Part shown: positions 1-8,560 of the stretch, piece by piece
Position numbering within the stretch: the first letter of the stretch is position 1
Layout of the letters: each line of letters begins with the position of its first letter
Assembly (NCBI GenBank): GCA_965198235.1
Contig: OZ240248.1
Coordinates: 864,001 to 928,000, forward strand
DNA: 64,000 nucleotides
Source of the DNA: Candidatus Poribacteria bacterium
GTDB taxonomy: Bacteria; Poribacteria; WGA-4E; WGA-3G
Reading direction: 5' to 3'
The notes under the pieces: model-generated
The model's input: the letters and a program-made list of their open reading frames with translations, nothing else
The model's database searches: none
Told to the model about the DNA's origin: nothing
Position numbers and translations under genes: made by a program

Positions 1-456
1 GCGGTGTCGGTAGACAAACGTTTACCGACAGAAGCAGAATGGGAGAAAGCGGCACGCGGCGGATTAGACAAAAAACAGTATCCGTGGGGCAATGGGATTA
101 ATTTCAACAGAGCAAATTATGGTAAGCATCTTGGCGAGACGACCCCTGTCGGCGATTACCCTCCGAACGATTACGGTGTCCATGACATCGCGGGAAACGT
201 GTGGGAATGGTGTCTCGACGGATACGAGGCTGACTTCTATGCCAACTCTCCACGTCGAAATCCCACCGCAGGCGCGAATAATGTCGAAGAGATCGTCAAA
301 GATTTCGAGAACATTGCAGATTTTCGCGTATTGCGGGGCGGTGGGTGGAACAGTAATCCTGAGTGGCTGCGCGCCGCAAACCGGCACGGGACGAGTCCAG
401 CGTACGCTGGCATCGGTGCTCTCGGATTCCGTTGCGCGAAATCCGTATCACCTTAA
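1..456 (+). CDS. Formylglycine-generating enzyme (FGE/SUMF1) domain protein, 5' end outside the window
   Basis: Motifs [36 protein letters not shown] and GFRC; frame is open from base 1. Confidence 0.9.
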   Translation, partial: AVSVDKRLPTEAEWEKAARGGLDKKQYPWGNGINFNRANYGKHLGETTPVGDYPPNDYGVHDIAGNVWEWCLDGYEADFYANSPRRNPTAGANNVEEIVKDFENIADFRVLRGGGWNSNPEWLRAANRHGTSPAYAGIGALGFRCAKSVSP

Positions 457-616
457 CACTTGCCTAACCTGATTCACGGCACAAAATTTTGTGTGTTGAG
501 ACAAAAACGAAAATCTGTTAGAATGTAGTTCAAGTAGAAAAGGACATCCGTTATTTTCTGCTTTTTGTATTTTGTATAATGTTAAGCTATTTTCACTTTT
601 CAGCGAAGGAGACTCA

Positions 617-1402
617 ATGAGAATCTTTTCAGTAATCATGCTCTATTTGCTCATCTGTGCGGCATTTTCGCACGCCGACTTAATGGAAGGGCTCGTCCTA
701 TACATGCCTCTTGATGAAGGCTCTGGGACCGCGACACAAGACTTCTCCGCAAACGGCTTTGAAGGTGAAGTGAAGGGTGGAGCGAAATGGATTGACGGAC
801 AGTTCGGAAAGGCACTTCAATTTGCGGCGGCTGCAGATCATGTCCTCATTGAAGACGATGCCGCCTTTCATTTGGAAGGGGCAATTACACAATCCGCTTG
901 GGTTCAGTTGGACAGGCTCCCAGGGGCACACGCCATTATTTTCGGCACGCGGCAGAGTGGTGCGACTCGGCATATCGGTTTCGGGTTCGGCATGAATCCG
1001 GGGAACGGTATCAAAGTCTGGACCAACGGTGCAGCCGGTGGATTTAAGGACATCAACGATAACGCAACAAAACTGGAAACGGGCAAGTGGTATTATCTCG
1101 CCTATACCCACACAGACGACAGCAACGGCTTAGTGGAAATCTACGTAGACGGCGAGGTAACGCACTCGGAGGAATCGGGAAATCCAGTTGCCCCGGCTGA
1201 AAATACAAGTGCAGTGACTATTGGCACTTGGGGCGGTGAAGCGTGGACAGGGAGCGTTGATGAGGTTCGGCTTTGGGATCGTGCCCTCTCGGCTGACGAA
1301 ATCAAAGCGAGTATGAACCAAGACGCTGAATCATTCCTGACACCAGTCGAGCCGCAAGGCAAACTCGCCACGTCCTGGGCGAACCTTAAGTCGAACAGAT
1401 AA
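617..1402 (+). CDS. Secreted LamG-like jelly-roll protein with conserved C-terminal tail
   Basis: RBS aaggag at 606-611; signal peptide; LVLYMPLDEGSG, GKALQF, WYYLAYT, DEVRLWDRALS; tail PVEPQGKLATSWANLK. Confidence 0.88.
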   Translation: MRIFSVIMLYLLICAAFSHADLMEGLVLYMPLDEGSGTATQDFSANGFEGEVKGGAKWIDGQFGKALQFAAAADHVLIEDDAAFHLEGAITQSAWVQLDRLPGAHAIIFGTRQSGATRHIGFGFGMNPGNGIKVWTNGAAGGFKDINDNATKLETGKWYYLAYTHTDDSNGLVEIYVDGEVTHSEESGNPVAPAENTSAVTIGTWGGEAWTGSVDEVRLWDRALSADEIKASMNQDAESFLTPVEPQGKLATSWANLKSNR

Positions 1403-1501
1403 GATGAAATTAACGCTGACATGAACAACGGCGTTCTATTTGCTGTTGATCCAGCGGAAAAATTGAGCACTCTGTGGGCAAGTATCAAGGCTGAGTATTA
1501 A
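1403..1501 (+). pseudogene. Orphan in-frame 3' end of a second LamG-type gene (DEINADMNNGVLFAVDPAEKLSTLWASIKAEY*)
   Basis: Manual translation directly after the TAA at 1400-1402 gives a paralogous copy of the upstream protein's C-terminus. Confidence 0.75.
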
Positions 1502-1574
1502 TCGATACGGCTATGAGTGAGATCTGATCGCGATTCTTCACATCTCGTAGCGGATCTCCAATCCCAGGATCGAA

Positions 1575-1677
1575 TTAACCGAAAACCTGTGCGTAATGAA
1601 ATTAGGTTTCCTTAAACGGCATAATTTGTCTTTGCTTTACATTTGGAGCACAGCCCAGGAGCTCATAGTTAAAAAAA
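1575..1677 (+). repeat. Family A dispersed repeat (right half) carrying a nested hairpin insert
   Basis: gaaaacctgtgcgtaatg...tggagcacagcccaggagctcatagttaaaaa matches 29182-29233 and 34658-34762. Confidence 0.85.
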
Positions 1678-2693
1678 TAAAAACAGAAACCCAGTTAGAA
1701 TCATACTTATCCGAACCGACAGACGAAGTGATAGCGTCTATGGCTGCACTGGATGGGGATATCCTTATCCTCGGTGTTGGTGGAAAGATGGGACCGACGC
1801 TCGCCAAACAGGCGAAACGTGCCATTGATCTCGCAGGTGTTAGTAAAAAAGTCATCGGTGTGTCCCGTTTTTCGACACCGGGTGTGCGAGAAGGTTTACA
1901 CGAAGCCGGTATTGAAACGATTGCCGCGGATCTACTATCCGAAGATTGCTTACAAAATCTACCCGCCATCCAAAATGTGATCTTGATGGCGGGTAGGAAG
2001 TTCGGTTCCACAGATAATGAAAGTCTAACTTGGGCGATGAATAGTTACATGCCAGGACGCGTGGTAGATAAGTTTAGAGATTCTCAGTTAGTCATTTTTT
2101 CAACAGGGAACGTCTATCCGCTGACACCAGTCTCCCATGGGGGTGCGACAGAATGTTTACTCCCCGTTCCAATTGGTGAATACGCCCAATCGTGCCTGAG
2201 CCGTGAGCGTATATGTGCCTACTTTTCATCGCAATTCGGTACACCTATGGCGATTTTGCGCTTAAATTACGCGATCGACCTCCGCTACGGGATACTGCTG
2301 GATATCGCCGAAAAAGTTTACACAGAACAACCGATTCCACTTGAGATGGGCAATGTGAATGTAATATGGCAAGGCGACGCGAATGCAGTAGCATTACGTG
2401 TTTTCGCACATTGCCAAAGCCCACCGCTGATCCTCAATGTGACGGGACCGGAGACTGTTTCTGTCCGACACCTCGCTTTACGTTTCGGCGCGCTTTTCAA
2501 CAAACCGCCACGGTTCGAGGATGAAGAGGCAGAAACGGCACTACTAAGTAATGCATCTCGGTGTCACCGACTGTTTGGATACCCATGTGTTTCCTTGGAA
2601 CAGATGATCGAGTGGATAGCAGAATGGATTCGGATAGGCGGCACAACACTCCGTAAACCGACTCATTTCGAGGTGCGTGACGGAAAATTCTGA
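1596..2693 (+). CDS. NAD-dependent epimerase/dehydratase family protein (first ~27 codons repeat-derived, true start uncertain)
   Basis: ILILGVGGKMG Rossmann motif, FSTGNVY, GEYAQSC, RLNYA. Confidence 0.85.
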   Translation: MKLGFLKRHNLSLLYIWSTAQELIVKKIKTETQLESYLSEPTDEVIASMAALDGDILILGVGGKMGPTLAKQAKRAIDLAGVSKKVIGVSRFSTPGVREGLHEAGIETIAADLLSEDCLQNLPAIQNVILMAGRKFGSTDNESLTWAMNSYMPGRVVDKFRDSQLVIFSTGNVYPLTPVSHGGATECLLPVPIGEYAQSCLSRERICAYFSSQFGTPMAILRLNYAIDLRYGILLDIAEKVYTEQPIPLEMGNVNVIWQGDANAVALRVFAHCQSPPLILNVTGPETVSVRHLALRFGALFNKPPRFEDEEAETALLSNASRCHRLFGYPCVSLEQMIEWIAEWIRIGGTTLRKPTHFEVRDGKF

Positions 2694-2731
2694 TATTTTG
2701 TCCCGGACTGTAAAAACAACATAGACAAAAA

Positions 2732-3691
2732 ATGCGAATTTTGTTAGCATATCAGAGCAGTGTTTTTGTAACGTTTGCATTTTTAATCGGTAGTGCTTTG
2801 TGCCAACCGCATCCACCGGTGACTATCGCTTTTGCTTCGGACGTGAGCGGTGATTGGGAAATCTACCTGACAGATACGACCGGCAAACGACCGGTGAATC
2901 TTACACACAATCCGGCTGCGGATTATTACCCGACGTGGGCACCTGATGGAACTCAGATCGCTTTCTTCTCTCGGCGCGATGGGAATCACGAAATTTATGT
3001 GATGCAGGCTGATGGAACCAATCAGCAACGCTTAACACATCACCCGGCGACAGATAAGGCTCCTGCTTGGGCACCCGATGGTAAGCGTCTTGCCTTCACG
3101 TCAAATCGCGATGGACATTTCAACATTTACCTGCTCCATCTCGATAACGGCGAGGTGACCCACCTCACCGAAAATCCATTTGAAGATGAAGCCCCTTCGT
3201 GGGCACCCGATGGAAATATCTTAGTTTTCCACTCAAAACGGGAACTCAACTGGGACATATACGTGATTGATGTAGGCAGTCAAGTGGAACGGCGATTGAC
3301 CCACCAACCACTGATGGACACTTATCCCGCTTGGGCACCCGATGGCACACAGATTGTATATGCGTCTATGCATCAAGAGGCGGAACTCGCTGATTTCGAC
3401 TTGTACATTATGGATGCCGTTGATGGTGGGAACAAACAAGCACTCACCGATACACCAACAGACGAAGCGGTTCCTGCTTGGGCACCTAATGGCAAAACGC
3501 TCGCTTTTCAATTTGAGAAGGATGGCAGATGGGTTATCCACCTGATGCATGCCGATGGAACCGAACGACGTGAATTAATTAACAATGGGGCATGGGCGGC
3601 ACAACCGAAATGGTTCAGTGGCTCAGATGTCCTGCCTATAGAACCGTCAAAATTACAGATTCAGCAATGGGGCAAAATTCGAGTCCCATAG
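2732..3691 (+). CDS. TolB-like PD40-repeat beta-propeller protein, secreted
   Basis: Five PxWAPDG/PNG repeats plus a final PKWF; signal peptide; degenerate tail PIEPSKLQIQQWGKIR. Confidence 0.88.
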   Translation: MRILLAYQSSVFVTFAFLIGSALCQPHPPVTIAFASDVSGDWEIYLTDTTGKRPVNLTHNPAADYYPTWAPDGTQIAFFSRRDGNHEIYVMQADGTNQQRLTHHPATDKAPAWAPDGKRLAFTSNRDGHFNIYLLHLDNGEVTHLTENPFEDEAPSWAPDGNILVFHSKRELNWDIYVIDVGSQVERRLTHQPLMDTYPAWAPDGTQIVYASMHQEAELADFDLYIMDAVDGGNKQALTDTPTDEAVPAWAPNGKTLAFQFEKDGRWVIHLMHADGTERRELINNGAWAAQPKWFSGSDVLPIEPSKLQIQQWGKIRVP

Positions 3692-3800
3692 GACGGAAGT
3701 CAACATAAATATATCGTGAAAGCGATTGAAACATTGTCAACAGGTGCTTACACAGCGAAGCGCACCTATCAGAATTAACTTAATCCAAAGGAGATGTTTT

Positions 3801-4454
3801 ATGCGTTTCAAGACGTTAGTATTAGGTATGCTTTTCATAATTGGTTTACTGCTAACAAACAGTATAAGTTACGGCTATGAACGGGCAATTGAAGCAGAAA
3901 TGGCGGATGCTGTCGAAGCACCGATGGTAGTCGCCGACGATGCCGATGCTTCCGGGGGACAGTTTATATGGATGGAGGGTGCCCCCGTCGCAGGTGGTGG
4001 CGGTGAAGGTTGGGCGGAATACATACTACATATTTCAGCACCCGGCACCTACGCACTCTGGGGCAAAGTCATCGCATGGGATGGCAATAGTGATTCCTTC
4101 TGGGTGACATGGCAACCCGCCGATCCGGACGAAGATGCACAAGCAACTCAGAATACCGAATTTCGCTGGGGCGTCGCTCAAGGTAACGATTGGCACTGGG
4201 ACCGGATCAACCACTGGTTAGACGGCGGCACTTTTGAACGGGAATGGGAGATAGAGGCAGCTGGGGACACCACACTGCGTATCGCCGTTCGGGAAGATGC
4301 TACGATGTTGGATGTGATATACATCACTGACAATCTCTCTGAGGACGAAGCGGAAGTAAGTCCGCGGGATCCGATTCCTGAAGATTCCTTAACGCCTGTC
4401 GAGCCGCAAGATAAACTCGCTACAATGTGGGGCAGACTTAAAGCGGGCAAATAG
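3801..4454 (+). CDS. Secreted Trp-rich protein with probable CBM6/35-like jelly roll
   Basis: RBS aaggag; signal peptide; IEAE, ASGG, GTYALWG, NSDSFWV, REDATMLD; tail PVEPQDKLATMWGRLK. Confidence 0.7.
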   Translation: MRFKTLVLGMLFIIGLLLTNSISYGYERAIEAEMADAVEAPMVVADDADASGGQFIWMEGAPVAGGGGEGWAEYILHISAPGTYALWGKVIAWDGNSDSFWVTWQPADPDEDAQATQNTEFRWGVAQGNDWHWDRINHWLDGGTFEREWEIEAAGDTTLRIAVREDATMLDVIYITDNLSEDEAEVSPRDPIPEDSLTPVEPQDKLATMWGRLKAGK

Positions 4455-4466
4455 TTAAGCAACTGC

Positions 4467-4492
4467 GGGCGGATAGGCAAATCCGCCCTTTT
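4467..4492 (+). terminator. Intrinsic terminator
   Basis: gggcggat-aggcaa-atccgccc followed by tttt, just after the stop codon. Confidence 0.7.
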
Positions 4493-4692
4493 AAATTTTC
4501 CTTGCGGTTCGATGACGTGAGTTTTAGTATTCACGTGTCATTCCGCAGAGTCGCTTTCCACTACGTTTCAAGCTGTGCATTCTTTTAAAAAAGGCGTACA
4601 GAAGGATCGGAAACCTGCCCGAAACATTGTCCCGCAGGTTTCCTATAGAGGCTTGCGCAAGGAGGGCAGTCCAGGAGACCATTAATTAAAAA
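4489..4692 (+). repeat. Family A dispersed repeat (full length)
   Basis: Left end ttttaaattttccttgcggttcg; right end cagtccaggagaccattaattaaaaa abuts the ATG at 4693. Confidence 0.8.
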
Positions 4693-5367
4693 ATGAAATA
4701 CGGAATAATTTTTCCGCTGATTATACTGGCAGTATTTTTATCCGGAATCGTGGAACTTAGTGCTGAGGTAGAAATTGCCCTCGAAGCCGAACTGGCAGAC
4801 GAAATTGTAGAACCGATGATTATTGACGAGGAAAAAGACGCATCTGATGGAAAATTCATCTGGATGAAAGGGGAACCAGTTGCTGGTGGTGGCGGTACAG
4901 GTCATGCCGACTTTATCATTAACATCCCGGAACCTGGCAAGTACGCACTCTGGGGTCACGTTATTGCATGGGATGGCAACAGCGATTCGTTTTGGGTGAC
5001 ATGGCAACCTGCCGATCCGGACGAAGACGCACAAGCAACCCAGAACACTGAGTTCCGCTGGGGCGTTGGCCAAGGTGCCGCTTGGCACTGGGATCGCATC
5101 AACCACTGGTTAGATGGCGGAACCTTCGACCGAGAATGGAAGTTTGATAAAGCCGGTGAAACGTTCCTACGTATCGGGGTGCGAGAAGATGCTACGATGT
5201 TAGATGCAATTTTCGTGACTACTAACGTGAAAGCCACGGTTGCAGACCAAGCAAACGTTCGTCTTCCAACTGATAAAGACAGGAAGATACAAATCGAGGG
5301 GCTCGCTGTGGACGCAAAAGGTAAAGCCGCAACCACTTGGGGTTCCTTGAAACAGGCATATCAATAA
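4693..5367 (+). CDS. Paralog of 3801-4454, secreted jelly-roll protein
   Basis: Near-identical core VIAWDGNSDSFWVTWQPADPDEDAQATQNTEFRWGV; tail AVDAKGKAATTWGSLK. Confidence 0.75.
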   Translation: MKYGIIFPLIILAVFLSGIVELSAEVEIALEAELADEIVEPMIIDEEKDASDGKFIWMKGEPVAGGGGTGHADFIINIPEPGKYALWGHVIAWDGNSDSFWVTWQPADPDEDAQATQNTEFRWGVGQGAAWHWDRINHWLDGGTFDREWKFDKAGETFLRIGVREDATMLDAIFVTTNVKATVADQANVRLPTDKDRKIQIEGLAVDAKGKAATTWGSLKQAYQ

Positions 5368-5815
5368 GAAATGGCGAAATGAACTTGTGCGTGTGAGTTT
5401 CGATGCGAACTTGCGTTTGATGCTCATAGGTTCTATTTTCCGATTGCAGGTTAGCGCAGGGGGTAGTTTCGATAAACAGGTTGTTACGAAACAGATAGCA
5501 CCGCTCTCCATAATAATTGATACGCCATTGGTCAAAGCCACGTTCAAACTGGATAACACGATCAGGCGGGCCGAGGTGAAACTGCAATTTCTTCACTGCC
5601 CGCTTGTCGCGCGTAACAAGCGCATAGGTCACGGACGCTAAACCCGAAAGAATCCCACCTAAAACTATTTTTCCTCTTAATTTGACTGAAATACTCTCCG
5701 CAGTCGGTGTTAATCCCCAAATTAGGCACACAATAAGAACAAATGCACAGATTTTTTTTCGTTTTAGAGAGAAAATATGACATAAATTTAACATTTGTGT
5801 GTTATCTCTTGACAA
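5222..5815 (-). CDS. Hypothetical exported or membrane protein; 3' end overlaps the convergent gene
   Basis: 197-aa ORF with signal-peptide-like and hydrophobic segments; fills the otherwise empty 5368-5815 region. Confidence 0.45.
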   Translation of the reverse strand: MSRDNTQMLNLCHIFSLKRKKICAFVLIVCLIWGLTPTAESISVKLRGKIVLGGILSGLASVTYALVTRDKRAVKKLQFHLGPPDRVIQFERGFDQWRINYYGERCYLFRNNLFIETTPCANLQSENRTYEHQTQVRIETHTHKFISPFLIDMPVSRNPKWLRLYLLRPQRAPRFVSSCLYQLEDERLLGLQPWLSR

Positions 5816-5837
5816 AAAAAATTTTTAGGGGTATCCT
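5809..5837 (+). promoter_or_regulatory. Sigma70-type promoter for nadA
   Basis: TTGACA-17 bp-TATCCT. Confidence 0.6.
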
Positions 5838-5895
5838 AATTGGAATGAATAAAAAGAATCGCTACTTAGGACGCAGATTGCAAGCCCATATTGAG

Positions 5896-5996
5896 GAGAT
5901 TGAAAACCCGTACAGATTTTCAATCTCAGTCGCGAGTGTACCAAAAACCTGCTTGGAACGAAGTGGAAAGCAGTCCAGGAGCAATCAATTAAAAAC
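5896..5996 (+). repeat. Hairpin plus family A right end in the nadA leader
   Basis: 11-bp inverted repeat gagattgaaaa/ttttcaatctc, then aaacctgcttggaacgaagtggaaagcagtccaggagcaatcaattaaaaa. Confidence 0.7.
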
Positions 5997-6028
5997 CTGA
6001 TTAGCGATCTACTTGGAGCGTGTAAAAA

Positions 6029-7156
6029 ATGACTGTCATGCATTCTAAGGGAAAGACTCCCGACACAGCAGATGCACCGAATTGTACGACAGAACTGAGC
6101 CTTGAGGACGTTAAACAGGAACTATATAACCGTCACCATCCGAGTTTAACGTTTCTCGATATAGAAGCCCATGCGAAGACCATTCACAAAATACGGACCC
6201 TGAAACAGAAACACAACATTGTGATGCTCGGTCACAACTACATGGAGCCACTGGTTTTTGGACTTTCTGAAAAAGAGGAACAGGGCGATTCGCTCGGGCT
6301 GAGCATGTACGCCGCAAACACAGAAGCACCCTATTTAATCTTTAACGGCGTACCTTTCATGGCAGAAACAGCGAAAATCTTAAATCCGAGCAAAACGGTG
6401 CTGGTCGCAGATAAAACAGCAGGATGCTCGCTCGCCGATAACTTCGGTGCCGAAGATGTCAAGGAGTTAAAAGCCCTTTACCCTGGTGCGCCAGTGATGA
6501 TTTACGTTAATAGCTACGCCGACGCGAAAGCAGAATCGGACATCTGCTGTACGTCGGCAAATGCCGCACACATCGCGAAAACGATGCCAGGGGATACAAT
6601 AATTTTCGTGCCCGATATCTTCTTTGCGCAGAATTTGGAGGAAGAATTGAAGGGCGAGAAAAATGTCGTCTACCCCGGCAAAGACAACACAGCACGCGGC
6701 GCAGTCTGTGAAGTCCATGAAAGATTTACACTTGATGATCTCCTCGGAATCCGAGAATCATTTGAAATCCCGAAAGGACATCCTCACCGCAAACTATACG
6801 CACACTGGGAATGCCGTCCAAACGTTTTACAGGAAGCAGATTTTTACGGCAGTACCAGTCAGATTATGAAGGATATAGGGGAACGTGTTGCAGCGAACCA
6901 ACTTGAGCGCGCCTTTGTTGCTTCGGAGTGCGAATTAACCTCAAATCTGGCACAGGAGTTTCCAGAAGTTCAGTTTTGGACAGCGTGCTCGGTCCGATGC
7001 TCACACATGGCACAAGTGAGCTTGGGTAAAATAGCGAACATCCTAGAAGCAATCGACCAGGGCGCAGACCTTAATGAATATGAGATTACGCTGAATCCTG
7101 AAATTATCGATAAAGCCCGTACACCGATTGAGCGAATGCTTGAGGCAAGTGTGTAA
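6029..7156 (+). CDS. nadA: Quinolinate synthase A
   Basis: GHNYM, GDSL, FMAETAKILNP, GCSLAD, YVNS, CTSANA, CEVH, HWEC, GSTS, CSHM (three [4Fe-4S] cysteines). Confidence 0.95.
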   Translation: MTVMHSKGKTPDTADAPNCTTELSLEDVKQELYNRHHPSLTFLDIEAHAKTIHKIRTLKQKHNIVMLGHNYMEPLVFGLSEKEEQGDSLGLSMYAANTEAPYLIFNGVPFMAETAKILNPSKTVLVADKTAGCSLADNFGAEDVKELKALYPGAPVMIYVNSYADAKAESDICCTSANAAHIAKTMPGDTIIFVPDIFFAQNLEEELKGEKNVVYPGKDNTARGAVCEVHERFTLDDLLGIRESFEIPKGHPHRKLYAHWECRPNVLQEADFYGSTSQIMKDIGERVAANQLERAFVASECELTSNLAQEFPEVQFWTACSVRCSHMAQVSLGKIANILEAIDQGADLNEYEITLNPEIIDKARTPIERMLEASV

Positions 7157-7193
7157 TAGTTATCAGTTATCCGTCTTCAGTTATCAGTTAAAT

Positions 7194-7227
7194 AAATAGG
7201 GTTCTAATGCACATTAGAACCCTATTT
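7194..7227. terminator. Bidirectional terminator-like hairpin between convergent genes
   Basis: 16-bp perfect inverted repeat aaatagggttctaatg/cattagaaccctattt; preceded by agttatc heptamers (family C). Confidence 0.75.
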
Positions 7228-7289
7228 TATGGTAAAACTCGAAAATATGTGGACAGTTATTCAATGAATGAAGCTCCAACGGATAACTA

Positions 7290-8348
7290 TTAGAAGCGCG
7301 TGATAAAAGAGACGCGATGTGCATTTCCGACATATGCGTCCGGTACGAAAGCGTAGTCGAACTGGAAGTCAACGTTCGCTAACGCATCTTCACCGCTGCG
7401 TCGCACACCGATACCGAGTGCTAACCCATCGCTGGGATTCTCGTTCATCCCGATTCGGTATCCGATACGCGCAGCAACGCTCTCGTAAAACCACCGTTCT
7501 GCCCCGACATGAAAACTCGGATTTGCATCAATGAGGGGCAGGTTTGCGTCGGCAACGAATGCCCACACCTCATGCGGAGGCATTGTTTCCTCTCCCTCTG
7601 CCGCGGATTGTTTCCAAGTTCTATAAGCCAGCCCTGCCCGAAGTGCCATCGGTAGATTTTCCCCACCATCTAAGACCCCAGCATTTTGGACAGCAACCCC
7701 GATTCCGAGGTGATTGTCAAACAAACGTAAGATCACACCGACATCTGCCGCGATCCCGTATGCATTCTGAATGTCCAATTGTTGTGAAATCATCTTTGCC
7801 GTACCACCCACTGACATTACTGTGCCAAGCGGGTAGGCAAGAGACAAGCCCGTAGCGAAGCCTCCGACTGTCACAGTACTATCTGGATCTTCCGTTGGTC
7901 CCTGTCGGCGTTCAATTTCAGTGAAACTTCCGAGGAAGCTTGCTCCCCAGACAAGCCGATCTATCCGCTGTGCGTATCCGATGGTTTGATTGTTAATGTC
8001 CGCAAATGAGAAGTGTTGCATTGCGGTCAGTTCCTGATCGTGGACAGCGGTTAGCCCTGCTGGATTCCAAAAGATAGTGTTAACGTCATTAGCAAGTCCA
8101 GCGAAGGCACCACCCATCCCAACGGGCCGACTTCCACCTTCAATTTTTAGGAAAGCGGCACCGGCTGTTCCGGCTCCATCGTGGATACTAATTGCGTGTG
8201 CGCTTGGGACGGCCGCGATTATTATGAGAAGCACTATTGCGATTTTTTTAATTATGGGCATCTGCTCATCGTTCCACTTCGTTCCACGATGGTGTTTGGT
8301 GAATTGCGACGCAACTAAGGACCTATGCCGTTTTAAGATCGTTATCAT
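7290..8348 (-). CDS. PorV/PorQ-like (UPF0164) outer-membrane beta-barrel
   Basis: AAFLKIEGGSRPVGMGGAF, IFWNPAGL, alternating beta strands, DYAF..HRVSFITRF with terminal Phe; RBS aaaggag before the ATG at 8348. Confidence 0.88.
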   Translation of the reverse strand: MITILKRHRSLVASQFTKHHRGTKWNDEQMPIIKKIAIVLLIIIAAVPSAHAISIHDGAGTAGAAFLKIEGGSRPVGMGGAFAGLANDVNTIFWNPAGLTAVHDQELTAMQHFSFADINNQTIGYAQRIDRLVWGASFLGSFTEIERRQGPTEDPDSTVTVGGFATGLSLAYPLGTVMSVGGTAKMISQQLDIQNAYGIAADVGVILRLFDNHLGIGVAVQNAGVLDGGENLPMALRAGLAYRTWKQSAAEGEETMPPHEVWAFVADANLPLIDANPSFHVGAERWFYESVAARIGYRIGMNENPSDGLALGIGVRRSGEDALANVDFQFDYAFVPDAYVGNAHRVSFITRF

Positions 8349-8422
8349 AAATTCTCCTTTTTCTAACTATAGTCCTCTGCTCATCGTTCCTTTTATTCTG
8401 TTAACGCAAGTTGCCATCTATT

Positions 8423-8498
8423 TATAGACATAGCACCCCTACGGGGTGCGATTGCTTGAATAAGCCGTTTTCTATAGACATAGCACCCCTACGGGGTG
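8423..8498. repeat. Family B REP-like palindrome, two identical 26-bp copies 50 bp apart
   Basis: tatagacatagcacccctacggggtg at 8423-8448 and 8473-8498. Confidence 0.9.
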
Positions 8499-8560
8499 AG
8501 GAAAATGCCTGAAATTTTTGTTGAAACGTCCAAAATTTGTTAGTAGCAACTTGGGTTATG

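Noticed and set aside
1-456. FGE/C-type-lectin-fold C-terminus as a diversity-generating retroelement target
   Set aside because: No template repeat or reverse transcriptase is visible in the window
1348-1365. DNA of the sorting tail (cgagccgcaaggcaaact, EPQGK) resembles the family A end (cgaaccgcaaggaaaatt)
   Set aside because: The match is short and other tails do not conserve the DNA; probably coincidence
8423-8498. Two identical 26-bp palindromic repeats with a 24-bp spacer as a mini CRISPR array
   Set aside because: Only two units and no cas genes; related copies occur dispersed and inverted (15201, 58676), which fits a REP-like family
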